The notes beneath the pieces are model-generated. The model ran no database searches. It saw only the letters and a program-made list of their open reading frames with translations, and had not been told where the DNA came from. The position numbers and the translations under genes are program-made. From positions 175,088,001 to 175,152,000 of the forward strand of contig OZ024743.1 in the NCBI GenBank assembly GCA_964016885.1: a stretch of DNA of 64,000 nucleotides, written 5' to 3'. Origin of the DNA: Eledone cirrhosa. Taxonomy: Eukaryota. Below, piece by piece: positions 52,854-64,000 of this stretch; position 1 is the first letter of the stretch; each line of letters starts with the position of its first letter.

Positions 52854-52920
52854 TTTTATCTGATGAAAACACAAATATTATTGCATGATGATGTTTGTTT
52901 TTGAAATGCGCATAATAAAA
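52854..52920 (+). ncRNA. Type I hammerhead ribozyme
   Basis: ttttat-CTGATGA-aaacacaaatattatt...gatgatgtttgttttt-GAAA-tgcgc-ATA-ataaaa; palindromic atgcgcat. Confidence 0.85.
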
Positions 52921-52952
52921 TACATGGAACTCCTTTAACCATCTTTTGATCT

Positions 52953-53040
<88 letters not shown>

Positions 53041-53569
53041 ATATATATATTAAATTGCGTTCTAAGCAGCTGAACTATATCATAAATTCACAAACAGAAC
53101 AGGATATATACCAAAATTAACTACCAAGACATGTGCTAATTATATGCAAATTATTACGTCCATTTCCGTGATGCTACTATATTTCAGCCTTCCGAGATCG
53201 ATATAGAAAGTACCGGACTCGTACTGAGGTCAATTCTTCCTCTACGCGTCTCTTTCACTTTACTGTTACTTTGTATCCTTCTGTGGAAGATTTCTGTTGA
53301 AGGACACTATATATCTGAGATCCTTTCTGTATGTATCATGGGAGTGTTTCCTTCTAATGGGTATATATTAATGTATATTTATATATATATATAATAGTAA
53401 AATACCAGGAAGTTTCGTTTACATATAAAAAAATATGTATTGTGTATCGACCTCTTACGCGCGTTTCGCAGATGATTGGCTCAAGGTAACCCATAGAAGT
53501 TATGGTCTCGACTCCAGTATCCATCCAGGTCTGAATACAGCCGATTTCTTCCAGTAAAGGTTAGAGAGA

Positions 53570-53630
53570 GTACTAGTCTGGTACCTTTTTTATCGACATC
53601 GAGTAGATGAAAGCCAAAGTTAACCTCGGC
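53570..53630 (-). mobile_element. SINE fragment
   Basis: ctggtac...tttatcgac...gaaagccaaagttaacctcggc. Confidence 0.7.
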
Positions 53631-53812
53631 ATATATGTATATGTATGTATATATAAACAGTTGAACATCTCGAATTTCATCATTTAAAAAAATCATTATT
53701 AGAACATACATCTGTCATAAACAGCAGGGAAAATCGTAGAGAAGATATGTTTATATGTTTACATGTATATATATATATATATAGTTATGTAATAAAAAAC
53801 ATAAGGCAATTA

Positions 53813-53872
53813 TTCCATTTACCAGTGGTTTCTTAAAAGCAAAAAATTTTGCTTTCAATCATCAGAATGAAA
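53813..53872 (-). ncRNA. Type I hammerhead ribozyme (PLE-2 inverted pLTR)
   Basis: tttcatt-CTGATGA-ttgaaagcaaaa tt ttttgcttttaa-GAAA-ccactg-GTA-aatggaa. Confidence 0.88.
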
Positions 53873-54660
53873 AAATCCTGGTGTATTTATTGATATTGGA
53901 TTCTAAAAACAAAAATGCAATCTATATGAATGTGAGGCTGGAGAAGGAAGAAGGAAAGGAAAAATAAAATAAAAACACACATGCAAACACACACACACAC
54001 ACACAATTATATACATACACACATATATATATACATACACACATACATACACACACACATATACACATGTATATGTGTATATATATACATACACATACAT
54101 ATACACATAGATACATACACACATAAATATCAACATATCCATACATACACATACATATATACAACCACACACATATATATACATATATAGAAATATAAAT
54201 ATATATATATATATGCATACACATACAAATGCATAGCCATACACACATACATATACATACATACATACACACAATCATACGTATATACACACGTACATAC
54301 ATACACATACATACACACATATATACATGCATACATATGCATACACAAAAATAGAAAAATATACACACACCTCTACATACTCATACACGCAAATAAATAT
54401 AAGAAAAAAAAAAATAATAAAAGACATAAAAAAGAAAATAAAGACTATTATAAAGTTGACAGCGATACAGGCAACAAATAAATGAACAAACACACGTGGT
54501 AAGCAATACACACAAATGCACGTACACATACATACGTAAAAATAAATACATACAAACACTCTCACACAAATATACATATACAAATACATAAACACATACA
54601 TACGCATACACAAATACATACACACACACATATACATATATACACACACATATACATACA

Positions 54661-54750
<90 letters not shown>

Positions 54751-54897
54751 CACACACATACATACATAGCCATAAAATTATACACATACATATACATACA
54801 TATCACAAACACGCACAACAAGATACAAACACACACATATATATATATGTGTGTAAAACTCATTCTTAGATAATTCATATGAACCTTATTTAACTCT

Positions 54898-54998
<101 letters not shown>

Positions 54999-55443
54999 AC
55001 ATACATACACATACATACACATACTAACATACACATATATGCCTACACACACATATATACATATACATACGTATGCATACGTACACACACACACACACAT
55101 ATACATATATAAATCAATATATATATATATATGAGAAAGAACATAAATATTATAAAATAAATATTGTATATATAAAAGAAATTGGGAATACGACAAATAA
55201 TAAATAAAATAATAAATAAAATAAATGGAATAATTGCCTTATGTTGTTTATTACATAACTATTAAGCTCTGTTACCTACATAGAGCACTCTTTTTTCCTG
55301 GACTTTTCCGACGGAATTACTTCATTTATACAGCTCCAACCAGGATTGATTGCAGCATATTCTATATTACATATACGATTGGCACTTTCCAGCCCTATTA
55401 GTTGAGCGCTCTACAGTTTTCAGGAATTTAACCAACATTCACC

Positions 55444-57579
55444 ATGGACCTTTATGAATTGGATTATTCAATCAAAAATATACCTACTCCTTCCAACACA
55501 ATTTATACCAAAATGCTTATAGATAAAATCGAACAAGTCGTTAAAAGAATGAGATGGAAGGCAATGGTTTACGATGGACTATTCAGTGCTGATACTAATG
55601 ATTGTTTTGACATAAAATCCCGTAAATATCCACCTAGAATTAAAGACATGGCCAACTTCGAATTAGACCTTGTTAATTTAATTAGTGATATCAAATTTCG
55701 TAAGTACAATAATAACTTTCAAACTAAATTGTCTAACGATATTTCTAATTTTAAAAATTCTACAAACACCTTTGTTCTTTCTGATAAAACTAAAAATCTC
55801 TTTGAAATTAATAGTATTTTGTATAACGAACTTTTAACTAATAGTATCACCAACAAATATCAATTAACTAATAATAATACCTACAATACTATTAATAAAG
55901 AAGCTAAAGAACTAGCTAGTTCTTTAAAAATAGACAACCGGATTGAAAGCCTAGCTAAGCGTAAAGTATATATTACCCTTAAAGACCATACATTAGACTT
56001 TACTAATCGACCTAGTTGTAGACTGATTAACCCGGCTAAATCCGAAGTTGGCCTTGCAAGTAAAAAAATCTTAAGAAAAACAATTCTCCAAATTAGAACT
56101 AAGATTGACCTATCACAGTGGCTAAATACTTCCTCTGTTATTTCTTGGTTTAATAATATACAAGGTAAAAATAAGTGTAGATTTACCCAATTTGATATTG
56201 TTGATTTTTACCCCTCTATTACTGTTTCCTTATTAACTAATGCGTTAGAGTTTGCAAGACCCTTCATTAATATTTCTAAATTAGAAGAAGACATTATCTT
56301 TCATGCTAGAAAAACTTTACTCTTTACTAATGAAAATATTTGGGTTAAAAAGTCAAACCCTGAAAACTCTTTTGATGTTGCAATGGGTTCATATGACAGT
56401 GCGGATGTGTGCGACTTAGTAGGATTATTCCTTCTCCACACACTCAAAGAGAAATTTCCGTCCCATAATATCGGTTTATACCGTGATGACGGATTGGCAG
56501 TTTCTCATACCACCAACGGCCATAACCTTCATAAATTCCGTAAAGATTTAATCAATACTTTTGCTAATCTTAACCTTAAAATCACTATAGATACGAACCT
56601 TACTAATGCTAACTTTCTTGATATTAATCTTGATCTACTTACTGCCTCTTTTAAACCCTATCATAAACCTAATGAAAATCTTAGGTATATACACAAAGAG
56701 TCTTGCCATCCCCCTATAGTTTTTAATAATCTTATTCCTAACATTAGCCGTAGGATTTCTACCTTATCTTCGTCTATAGACATTTTTAATAAAGCCGCCC
56801 CTTATTATAATAAAGCCCTTAAGAACAGCGGTTTTACAGAAAATATTTCTTATTTACCTACTCCCCCCCCCCCTAAAACTAACCATAATAACAGGAAAAG
56901 GAAGATTATTTGGTTCACACCCCCCTTCTCTCTAAATGTCAAAACTAATGTAGGAAGGAAATTCCTTGAACTATTAGACAAACATTTTCCTCCTATTCAT
57001 AGATATTATAAGATTTTTAATAGGAATGTAGTTAAGATCAGCTACTCTTGTTGCCCATCCATGAAGTCCAAAATCACCAGTTCAAACCGTACGAGGATAA
57101 ATCCAGGATGCAGTTGCAGGAAGCCGGATGAATGCCCATTGCAGGGTAAATGTAACACAAAATCTGTCGTTTATGAGGCTAAAATAACGCCAGTTATCAA
57201 CAACCAGCCAGCCAGAAGCGAGCGATATGTCGGTATGACCCAGGACAGGTTTAAAACCAGATTTTACTCACATGTCGCTTCTTTTAAACACTCAGATAAA
57301 CGAACATCAACGGCCCTCGCAAGTAAGGTATGGGATCTCAAGGATAGTAATATCCCGTACTCTATTGATTGGTCTATATTAGACCATTCGAGGGAGTACC
57401 AAAGGGGCACAAAGAATTGTTCTTTGTGTACCACAGAAAAGTATAGGATTTTGCTAAACTTGAGAGACACTTCCGCTTGCCTTAACTCTAAGACTGAGAT
57501 CTTCAGATGCTGTCCTCATCTGAAATCGCATCTGATCTGTAACTGGATTGACACTCCTACGATAAATCAACCGCCTTGA
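55444..57579 (+). CDS. Intact PLE protein, 711 aa: reverse transcriptase + C-terminal GIY-YIG endonuclease
   Basis: Uninterrupted ORF; TQFDIVDFYPSI, AMGS, LYRDDGL, RKIIWFTPPFS, CSCRKPDECPLQGKC, VVYEA...YVGMT..RFKTRF, CSLCTTEK, LNSKTE, CPH. Confidence 0.96.
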   Translation: MDLYELDYSIKNIPTPSNTIYTKMLIDKIEQVVKRMRWKAMVYDGLFSADTNDCFDIKSRKYPPRIKDMANFELDLVNLISDIKFRKYNNNFQTKLSNDISNFKNSTNTFVLSDKTKNLFEINSILYNELLTNSITNKYQLTNNNTYNTINKEAKELASSLKIDNRIESLAKRKVYITLKDHTLDFTNRPSCRLINPAKSEVGLASKKILRKTILQIRTKIDLSQWLNTSSVISWFNNIQGKNKCRFTQFDIVDFYPSITVSLLTNALEFARPFINISKLEEDIIFHARKTLLFTNENIWVKKSNPENSFDVAMGSYDSADVCDLVGLFLLHTLKEKFPSHNIGLYRDDGLAVSHTTNGHNLHKFRKDLINTFANLNLKITIDTNLTNANFLDINLDLLTASFKPYHKPNENLRYIHKESCHPPIVFNNLIPNISRRISTLSSSIDIFNKAAPYYNKALKNSGFTENISYLPTPPPPKTNHNNRKRKIIWFTPPFSLNVKTNVGRKFLELLDKHFPPIHRYYKIFNRNVVKISYSCCPSMKSKITSSNRTRINPGCSCRKPDECPLQGKCNTKSVVYEAKITPVINNQPARSERYVGMTQDRFKTRFYSHVASFKHSDKRTSTALASKVWDLKDSNIPYSIDWSILDHSREYQRGTKNCSLCTTEKYRILLNLRDTSACLNSKTEIFRCCPHLKSHLICNWIDTPTINQPP

Positions 57580-57990
57580 ACTCCTTCTCTGCTCTTTACC
57601 TTTGCTACGGTTTTTATTTTGCTGCTTCTACCTTCTGTACTCTTGTATATTTAAACATTTTTTTCTCCCTTACCTCCCCTTATATTTTTACCTCCTCTTA
57701 GCCCCCCCCCATATATTCTTTTTGTTTTGCCCTTCACATACCTATGTGTATGTGTATGTATTTTTTTGTGTGTATATATGTATATGTGTACGTATATGTT
57801 TGTGTATGTATATATATGTGTATGTATGTATGTATGTATATGTATGTATATGTATATATATATATATGTATATATGTCTGTATATATATGTATATGTATA
57901 TATATATGTGTGTGTGCGTGTCTGTATGTGTGTATATATTTGTATATTTGTGTGTGTATATGTATGTATATGTGGATAAACCAGGGTTTT

Positions 57991-58048
57991 TTTCATTCTG
58001 AAGATTGAAGGAAACTTTTTTGCTTTTAAGAAACCTCTGTTGAATGGA
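57991..58048 (+). ncRNA. Degenerate hammerhead (PLE-2 first 3' unit)
   Basis: tttcatt-CTGAAGA-...-GAAA-cctctg-TTG-aatgga; GUA triplet mutated to UUG, probably inactive. Confidence 0.65.
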
Positions 58049-58525
58049 TTAATTGCCTTGTATGGCTTTATTACTTTACTACTATATATACGTTTATGTA
58101 AGGTTCATTTGTCTTATCTAATACTGAGCTTTACACATACACACATGTATATGTGTGTGTGTATGTGTATGCATGTGTGTATGTGTACGTGTATGTGTGT
58201 ATATATGTATATTTTTATATATATATGTGTATATATATATATATGTATATATGTATATATGTATATATGTATATGTATGTGTATGTATGTATATGTGTGC
58301 GTGTGTATTTATTTATTTTTATGTATGTGTGGGTTTGTGTGTGGGGGTGTGTGTGTGTATATGTGTGTGTGTTTGTATTTGGTTGTGCGTTCTTTTGATA
58401 TATACGTATTTGCATGTGTATAATTGTTTAGCTATGTATGTATATGTGTGTTTACGTATTTATATGTGTGTGTGCGTTTATATTTTTAAATTTTTTGTAT
58501 GTATATATATATATATATATATGTG

Positions 58526-58602
<77 letters not shown>

Positions 58603-59017
58603 ATATAATTACATATACATGTGTGTGTTTATATTGTATACGTGTACGTGTTTGTGTATGTATGTGTATGTACGTGTTTATGTATTTGTATATGTATATT
58701 TATGTGTGAGAGTGTGTGTATGTGTTTACTATTTCGAACGTATGTATATGTGCTTATGTGTGTATTACTTACCACGCGTGTCTGTCCTGTTAGCTGGGGC
58801 ATGTATCGCTGTCAAAATTTGTTAATATATATTTATATATATATTTCTTATATTTATTTGCGTGTGTTAATATGTAGTGGAGTGCATTCATGTATGTGTA
58901 TGTATGTACGTTGTATGTTTGTGTGAATGTATGTATATGTGTGTGTATATATATGTGTGTGTGTATGTGTATGCTTGTACACACACATGTGTGTGTGTGT
59001 GTGTGTGTGTGCATATA

Positions 59018-59048
<31 letters not shown>

Positions 59049-59085
59049 GGATATGTACATGTGTATATATATATGTGTGTGTGTA

Positions 59086-59120
<35 letters not shown>

Positions 59121-59406
59121 ATGTATGAATATATGTATGTGTATATGTGTGTATATATGTGTATGTGTGTGTAGGTGTACGCTCTTTATATATATATATA
59201 TATGTGTATATGTATATGTGTATGCGTGCATTTATATATATGTGTATACATGTATGTGTGTGTAAGTATACTTTTGTGTTTTTTTGTGTGTGTTTGCATG
59301 TGTAGTTTTATTTTATTTTTCCTTTCCTTCTCCCTTTTCCAGCCTCACTTTCATATAGATTGCATTTTTGTTTTTAGAATCCATATTCAATAAACAAACC
59401 AGGATT

Positions 59407-59466
59407 TTTCATTCTGAGGATTGAAAGCAAAACCTTTTGCTTTTAAGAAACCACTGGTAAATGGAA
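59407..59466 (+). ncRNA. Type I hammerhead ribozyme (PLE-2 3' pLTR)
   Basis: tttcatt-CTGAGGA-ttgaaagcaaaa cc ttttgcttttaa-GAAA-ccactg-GTA-aatggaa. Confidence 0.88.
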
Positions 59467-59716
59467 TAATTGCCTTATGTTGTTTATTACATAATAATAA
59501 TATATATATATATATACATATTAGGTATAGGATTATCCAAGATGCAGTGATGGTTAATTACTACACTGGATATGGTTGACGTACGGTAAGAGGTTACTCT
59601 ACGAGTTATGGAAGAATTGTTCAAGAAACTTAGTTCCTGATCCTTCAGTATTCCGGAGTGTATATAAAGAATGAATAATAACAGGTAGACATCATAAAAA
59701 GGTAGTTTATTCCGTG

Positions 59717-59828
59717 TGCTTACAAGTGTTTCCACGGTGGTACTGCAGCCTAGTTCCGCTACGTGCAAATTCACAAGTATTTGCAGAACTCGAATATCCA
59801 ATGCTGTGACCACTGTTTCCTCAGAGCA
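59717..59828 (-). ncRNA. Hammerhead motif with 85-nt stem II
   Basis: Reverse complement of 61870-61981. Confidence 0.8.
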
Positions 59829-61869
59829 GAATGGTAAATATACAATGTAAAAACCCTTAAGTGGGGTTGTTGGGGAAGATAGAGTGGAACAGGAAGAGAT
59901 AAAAGTAGGGAAGATGGAGAGAGAAGGAAAGATATGCAGAGGTTGGAGAAGTAGGAGAGAGTGGCTTGTAGATATCTTAATCAAAATGTTATGGTAGGGG
60001 TTTTATTAGTTACTTTTGGAGAGATGCGTAGATAGTTGAGGTCGGAATTATTTATTGCCCCAGAGGTCAAGTTCATAGATGTTGAGAGGGAGGTAGGTCA
60101 AAGGTGAGAGAGAGAGAGTGTAATGGATGTAGAGAGAGATATATAGGTAGAGAGGGGACAGATAAAGTATATGTGGTGAGTGAACTTTTGGTTTTGTAGT
60201 AGTAATCTAGGAATTGTACTGAGTTACCATGTATAGTGATAAGCAGTGTATTGTCTTGTAGTGTGGGGGAGAAGAGAAGGTTGTTAGCTAGAAAGTGGTG
60301 TTGTAGTTACGGGTTCGAATGTTAAGTTATTTTATAGTGAGAGAATTTAGCTTTTAGTTTGTGGTTGCAGTATAATGATCGTTCAATTCTATCGTTAAGT
60401 AGTTTGTTTTGGGATTTTAGTATGTAAAATAGCTCAAGGTTACATAACCTGCAGTACTTCAAACCACTCCGATATGCATTTGCGCTGGAAAGTATATCCC
60501 ATTTTAAGGTGAACTGTTGGTTGTGTTCACGGAGTTGCCAGGTCTTGTTGGCGAGCGTGGTCACAAAACGGTGATTCTGATGTTTGATTGAGAATCGATG
60601 ACGGTACCAGCGAGATTTAAACGATGTGGTGGTAGATCCGATATAATACCATTTCTGGTTGTCCGATTCAACCGTGCATTGGTAAACAATGTTGGACTTT
60701 AGGCATTCATTCTGCAATGGACATCTTTCAGGTAGATGGCAGTTACATGCTTTGTTGTGGGTAGCGGGTATACCATGGATAGGTTGTGATAGCGGTACAG
60801 GTGGGTTGTGCAATATCCGTCTCCCATTTAGTGGTTGGGAGGCAGATATTGCGTTCTGCCCACCTGTTACTAAAATGTTTTGTTTTGTAGAGTTGTTTAA
60901 TTGCCTTAAGTTAAGTTTTTTTATGTATGCTTCAAGGTTTGGTGCCGTGGAGTATGATAGTCTAATAGTTTTGGAGTTCAGAATTTTGCTGTACTTATGG
61001 GAACTAGGGAAGTGTTTATTGATTAATTTAAAGAATGAAAGAGATAGTTTTGTACTAATCGAGGCATTAAAAATAGGATTATACCAGATATACTTTCTAC
61101 AACGTAATTTATTTGGTGGTGAACTTCTATTATTAGTATGTCTGGTAGTATAGTGTGTGTGTGCTTGTGTTTTAGTCCCCCGGTTACGTATACCTTGATT
61201 ACGTGTAGAGCTATGTGTGTTGTGGAAATTACTATCGATGTATTCTATTGTATCCCGGTGGTCAGCATTCCTTAATGCATTATTGTAGTAACAAACTACT
61301 TAACGATAGAATTGAACGATCATTATACTGCAACCACAAACTAAAAGCTAAATTCTCTCACTATAAAATAACTTAACATTCGAACCCGTAACTACAACAC
61401 CACTTTCTAGCTAACAACCTTCTCTTCTCCCCCACACTACAAGACAATACACTGCTTATCACTATACATGGTAACTCAGTACAATTCCTAGATTACTACT
61501 ACAAAACCAAAAGTTCACTCACCACATATACTTTATCTGTCCCCTCTCTACCTATATATCTCTCTCTACATCCATTACACTCTCTCTCTCTCACCTTTGA
61601 CCTACCTCCCTCTCAACATCTATGAACTTGACCTCTGGGGCAATAAATAATTCCGACCTCAACTATCTACGCATCTCTCCAAAAGTAACTAATAAAACCC
61701 CTACCATAACATTTTGATTAAGATATCTACAAGCCACTCTCTCCTACTTCTCCAACCCCTGCATATCTTTCCTTCTCTCTCCATCTTCCCTACTTTTATC
61801 TCTTCCTGTTCCACTCTATCTTCCCCAACAACCCCACTTAAGGGTTTTTACATTGTATATTTACCATTC

Positions 61870-61981
61870 TGCTCTGAGGAAACAGTGGTCACAGCATTGG
61901 ATATTCGAGTTCTGCAAATACTTGTGAATTTGCACGTAGCGGAACTAGGCTGCAGTACCACCGTGGAAACACTTGTAAGCA
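61870..61981 (+). ncRNA. Hammerhead motif with 85-nt stem II
   Basis: tgct-CTGAGGA-aacagtggt..cagc..agttctgc...gcggaact..gctg..accaccgtg-GAAA-cactt-GTA-agca. Confidence 0.8.
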
Positions 61982-62031
61982 CACGGAATAAACTACCTTT
62001 TTATGATGTCTACCTGTTATTATTCATTCTT

Positions 62032-62148
<117 letters not shown>

Positions 62149-62556
62149 GTATATATATATGTGTGTATGTATATGTGTGTGTATATGGATATGTGTATGT
62201 ATATATGTGTGTGTATGTATGTTTATATCTATCTGTATGTAATTGTATATGTATATTTAATCGTATATATTATATATTTCTGTTGTATTTGTGCGCGTGT
62301 GTGTATATATTTATATGTAAGTATGTATGTGTGTATATATGTGTGTATCTATATATATATACATATATTTTATATATATATACATATGTATATATATATG
62401 TGTATGTATGTGTGTATATATAACTTTAATGTGTGTGTATGGGCGTGTGTATATTTGTGCGTGTATGTGTATTTTTTTATATATTGGTTTTGTGTGTTTT
62501 TATATAATAGCCTCAGAAAAGGCTTGAGCTCTGCCGTAGGGTCAGACTTTTTCCTA

Positions 62557-62587
<31 letters not shown>

Positions 62588-62650
62588 GCATATATACGTA
62601 ATTGTATGTGTGTTTGTATTTCTGTGGTTGTGTTTTTTTGTGTGTGTGTG

Positions 62651-62699
<49 letters not shown>

Positions 62700-62917
62700 A
62701 TGTATATATGTATAAGGGTGTATGTATGTGCATCATTACATATAGTGATTTGATGATTATTTTCATTGATCTTTTGCTCCAGGAACTTGTTGAGTGCTCC
62801 AGGTCTGCTATGGGCATTTATACCCTTTTCTCTAAATATATATTTTTTTATTTATTATTTGTCGTATTCCCAATTTTTTTATATATACAATATTTATTTT
62901 ATAATATTTATGTTCTT

Positions 62918-62987
<70 letters not shown>

Positions 62988-63138
62988 TTATATATGTATA
63001 TATGTGTGTATGTGTGTGTGTGTGTGTGTGTACGTATGCATACATATGTATATGTATATATGTGTGTGTAGGTATATATGTGTATGTTAGTATGTATGTA
63101 TGTGTATGTATGTGTATGTGTATATATATATATATATA

Positions 63139-63736
63139 GGAACAAGTAAGACCCCGACGGCTGAGCTCAAGCCGTTTCGACGGCTAATTCTGGACTGAAT
63201 GAAAATTTATTCTGGTATTTAAATAGCCGAGCTTATCAAGGGGTAATTCCATATATGGTCAAAGAGACAATCACCAGGATTGGTCACATCACAAGTAGGT
63301 AGTAAATCTTTGATGGTAAATTGGTGGAGGAAGGGGTAGCTGAACCTGCCGGTAGGAGAAAAAGGGAGAGGGGGTGGAGTAGACCCATTCATGCGTTGGT
63401 AGTGCCGTCTACAGCTGGGTGTGAGGCCAAATGGATACTGGGGAGGGGGAGGGGGACGAAGTCGAAACGGTAAGTAGAACAATGAAGGGTAAAAATATAA
63501 GCAGTACTGAGAGAAAAAAAAAAAAAAAATAAGCAAAGTCTGGTTACTAAGACTTAAGTCTCTCGCTACTGCTATGCTAAAGAAGTATTTTTTTTATTTA
63601 TTTATGTACTTCTTTAGCATAGCAATAGCGAGAGACTTAAGTCTTAGTAACCAGACTTTGCTGATTTTTTTTCTTTTTTTTTTTCTCTCAGTACTGCTTA
63701 TATTTTTACCCTTCATTGTTCTACTTACCGTTTCGA
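63139..63736 (-). mobile_element. Family A pLTR segment with about 270-bp foldback
   Basis: Homolog of 327-760; about 63462-63587 is the reverse complement of about 63607-63736. Confidence 0.75.
63151..63244 (-). ncRNA. Type I hammerhead ribozyme, U3-A8 core variant (family A)
   Basis: acccc-TTGATAA-gctcggcta...tagccgtc-GAAA-cggcttgagctcagcc-GTC-ggggt. Confidence 0.82.
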
Positions 63737-64000
63737 GTTAAATAAGTGTAGGAATATCATGTCCCGCCCTCCTCAGTAAACATCCAGAGACAAATTGATA
63801 TGCTTCACTTCTAAATAATTTAAAAGACTGCGTGACGCACATGGCTTTACAGTATCTAACTAGTCTCATAACCGTACTGCTAGAAATAACAGTCGTATAT
63901 ATGAGGCGGCTTGCAGCTCAAACTAGGAGCAGTTAAAATTAATAAGGTAATGAATTCTTTTACAATGGAATCAGCTCGAATGAGGAAAAATATCCCCTGA

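Noticed and set aside
59487-59984. 165-aa ORF duplicated at 61714
   Set aside because: Lies in the non-coding pLTR across the hammerhead; duplication is explained by the inversion
63985-64000. atcccCTGA at the window edge as the start of another hammerhead
   Set aside because: Truncated by the window; cannot be evaluated

Overview
Gene-free, very repeat-dense, AT-rich animal DNA. The SINE family and the density of (TA)n/(CA)n/(TACA)n microsatellites suggest a cephalopod such as Octopus (inference). No host exon could be supported; almost all ORFs in the track are microsatellite translations or antisense shadows of transposon ORFs. The main content is Penelope-like retroelements (PLEs; RT plus C-terminal GIY-YIG with a CxCx5CP linker) inserted into (TA)n: one intact 711-aa ORF (55444-57579), one full-length ORF with two lesions (6306-8769), three 5'-truncated copies and several non-coding pLTR-only insertions. 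Reading both strands by eye gave about 20 type I hammerhead ribozyme (HHR) motifs in about 11 sequence families. Several have greatly enlarged stem II domains (48-116 nt), and one family has a compensatory U3-A8 core. About a dozen insertions share the layout 'inverted tail-less pLTR + direct copy with tail', and the 5' end of the intact PLE coincides with the predicted ribozyme cut site. Also present: R4/Dong-like RLE LINEs, an RTE LINE with three C-terminal C2H2-like fingers, two Tx1/L1 elements, a CR1-like fragment, tRNA-derived SINEs, a 3.8-kb segment with hairpin-containing terminal inverted repeats, and an interstitial TTAGGG-like tract. All RNA structures are manual predictions, and boundaries inside microsatellites are approximate.
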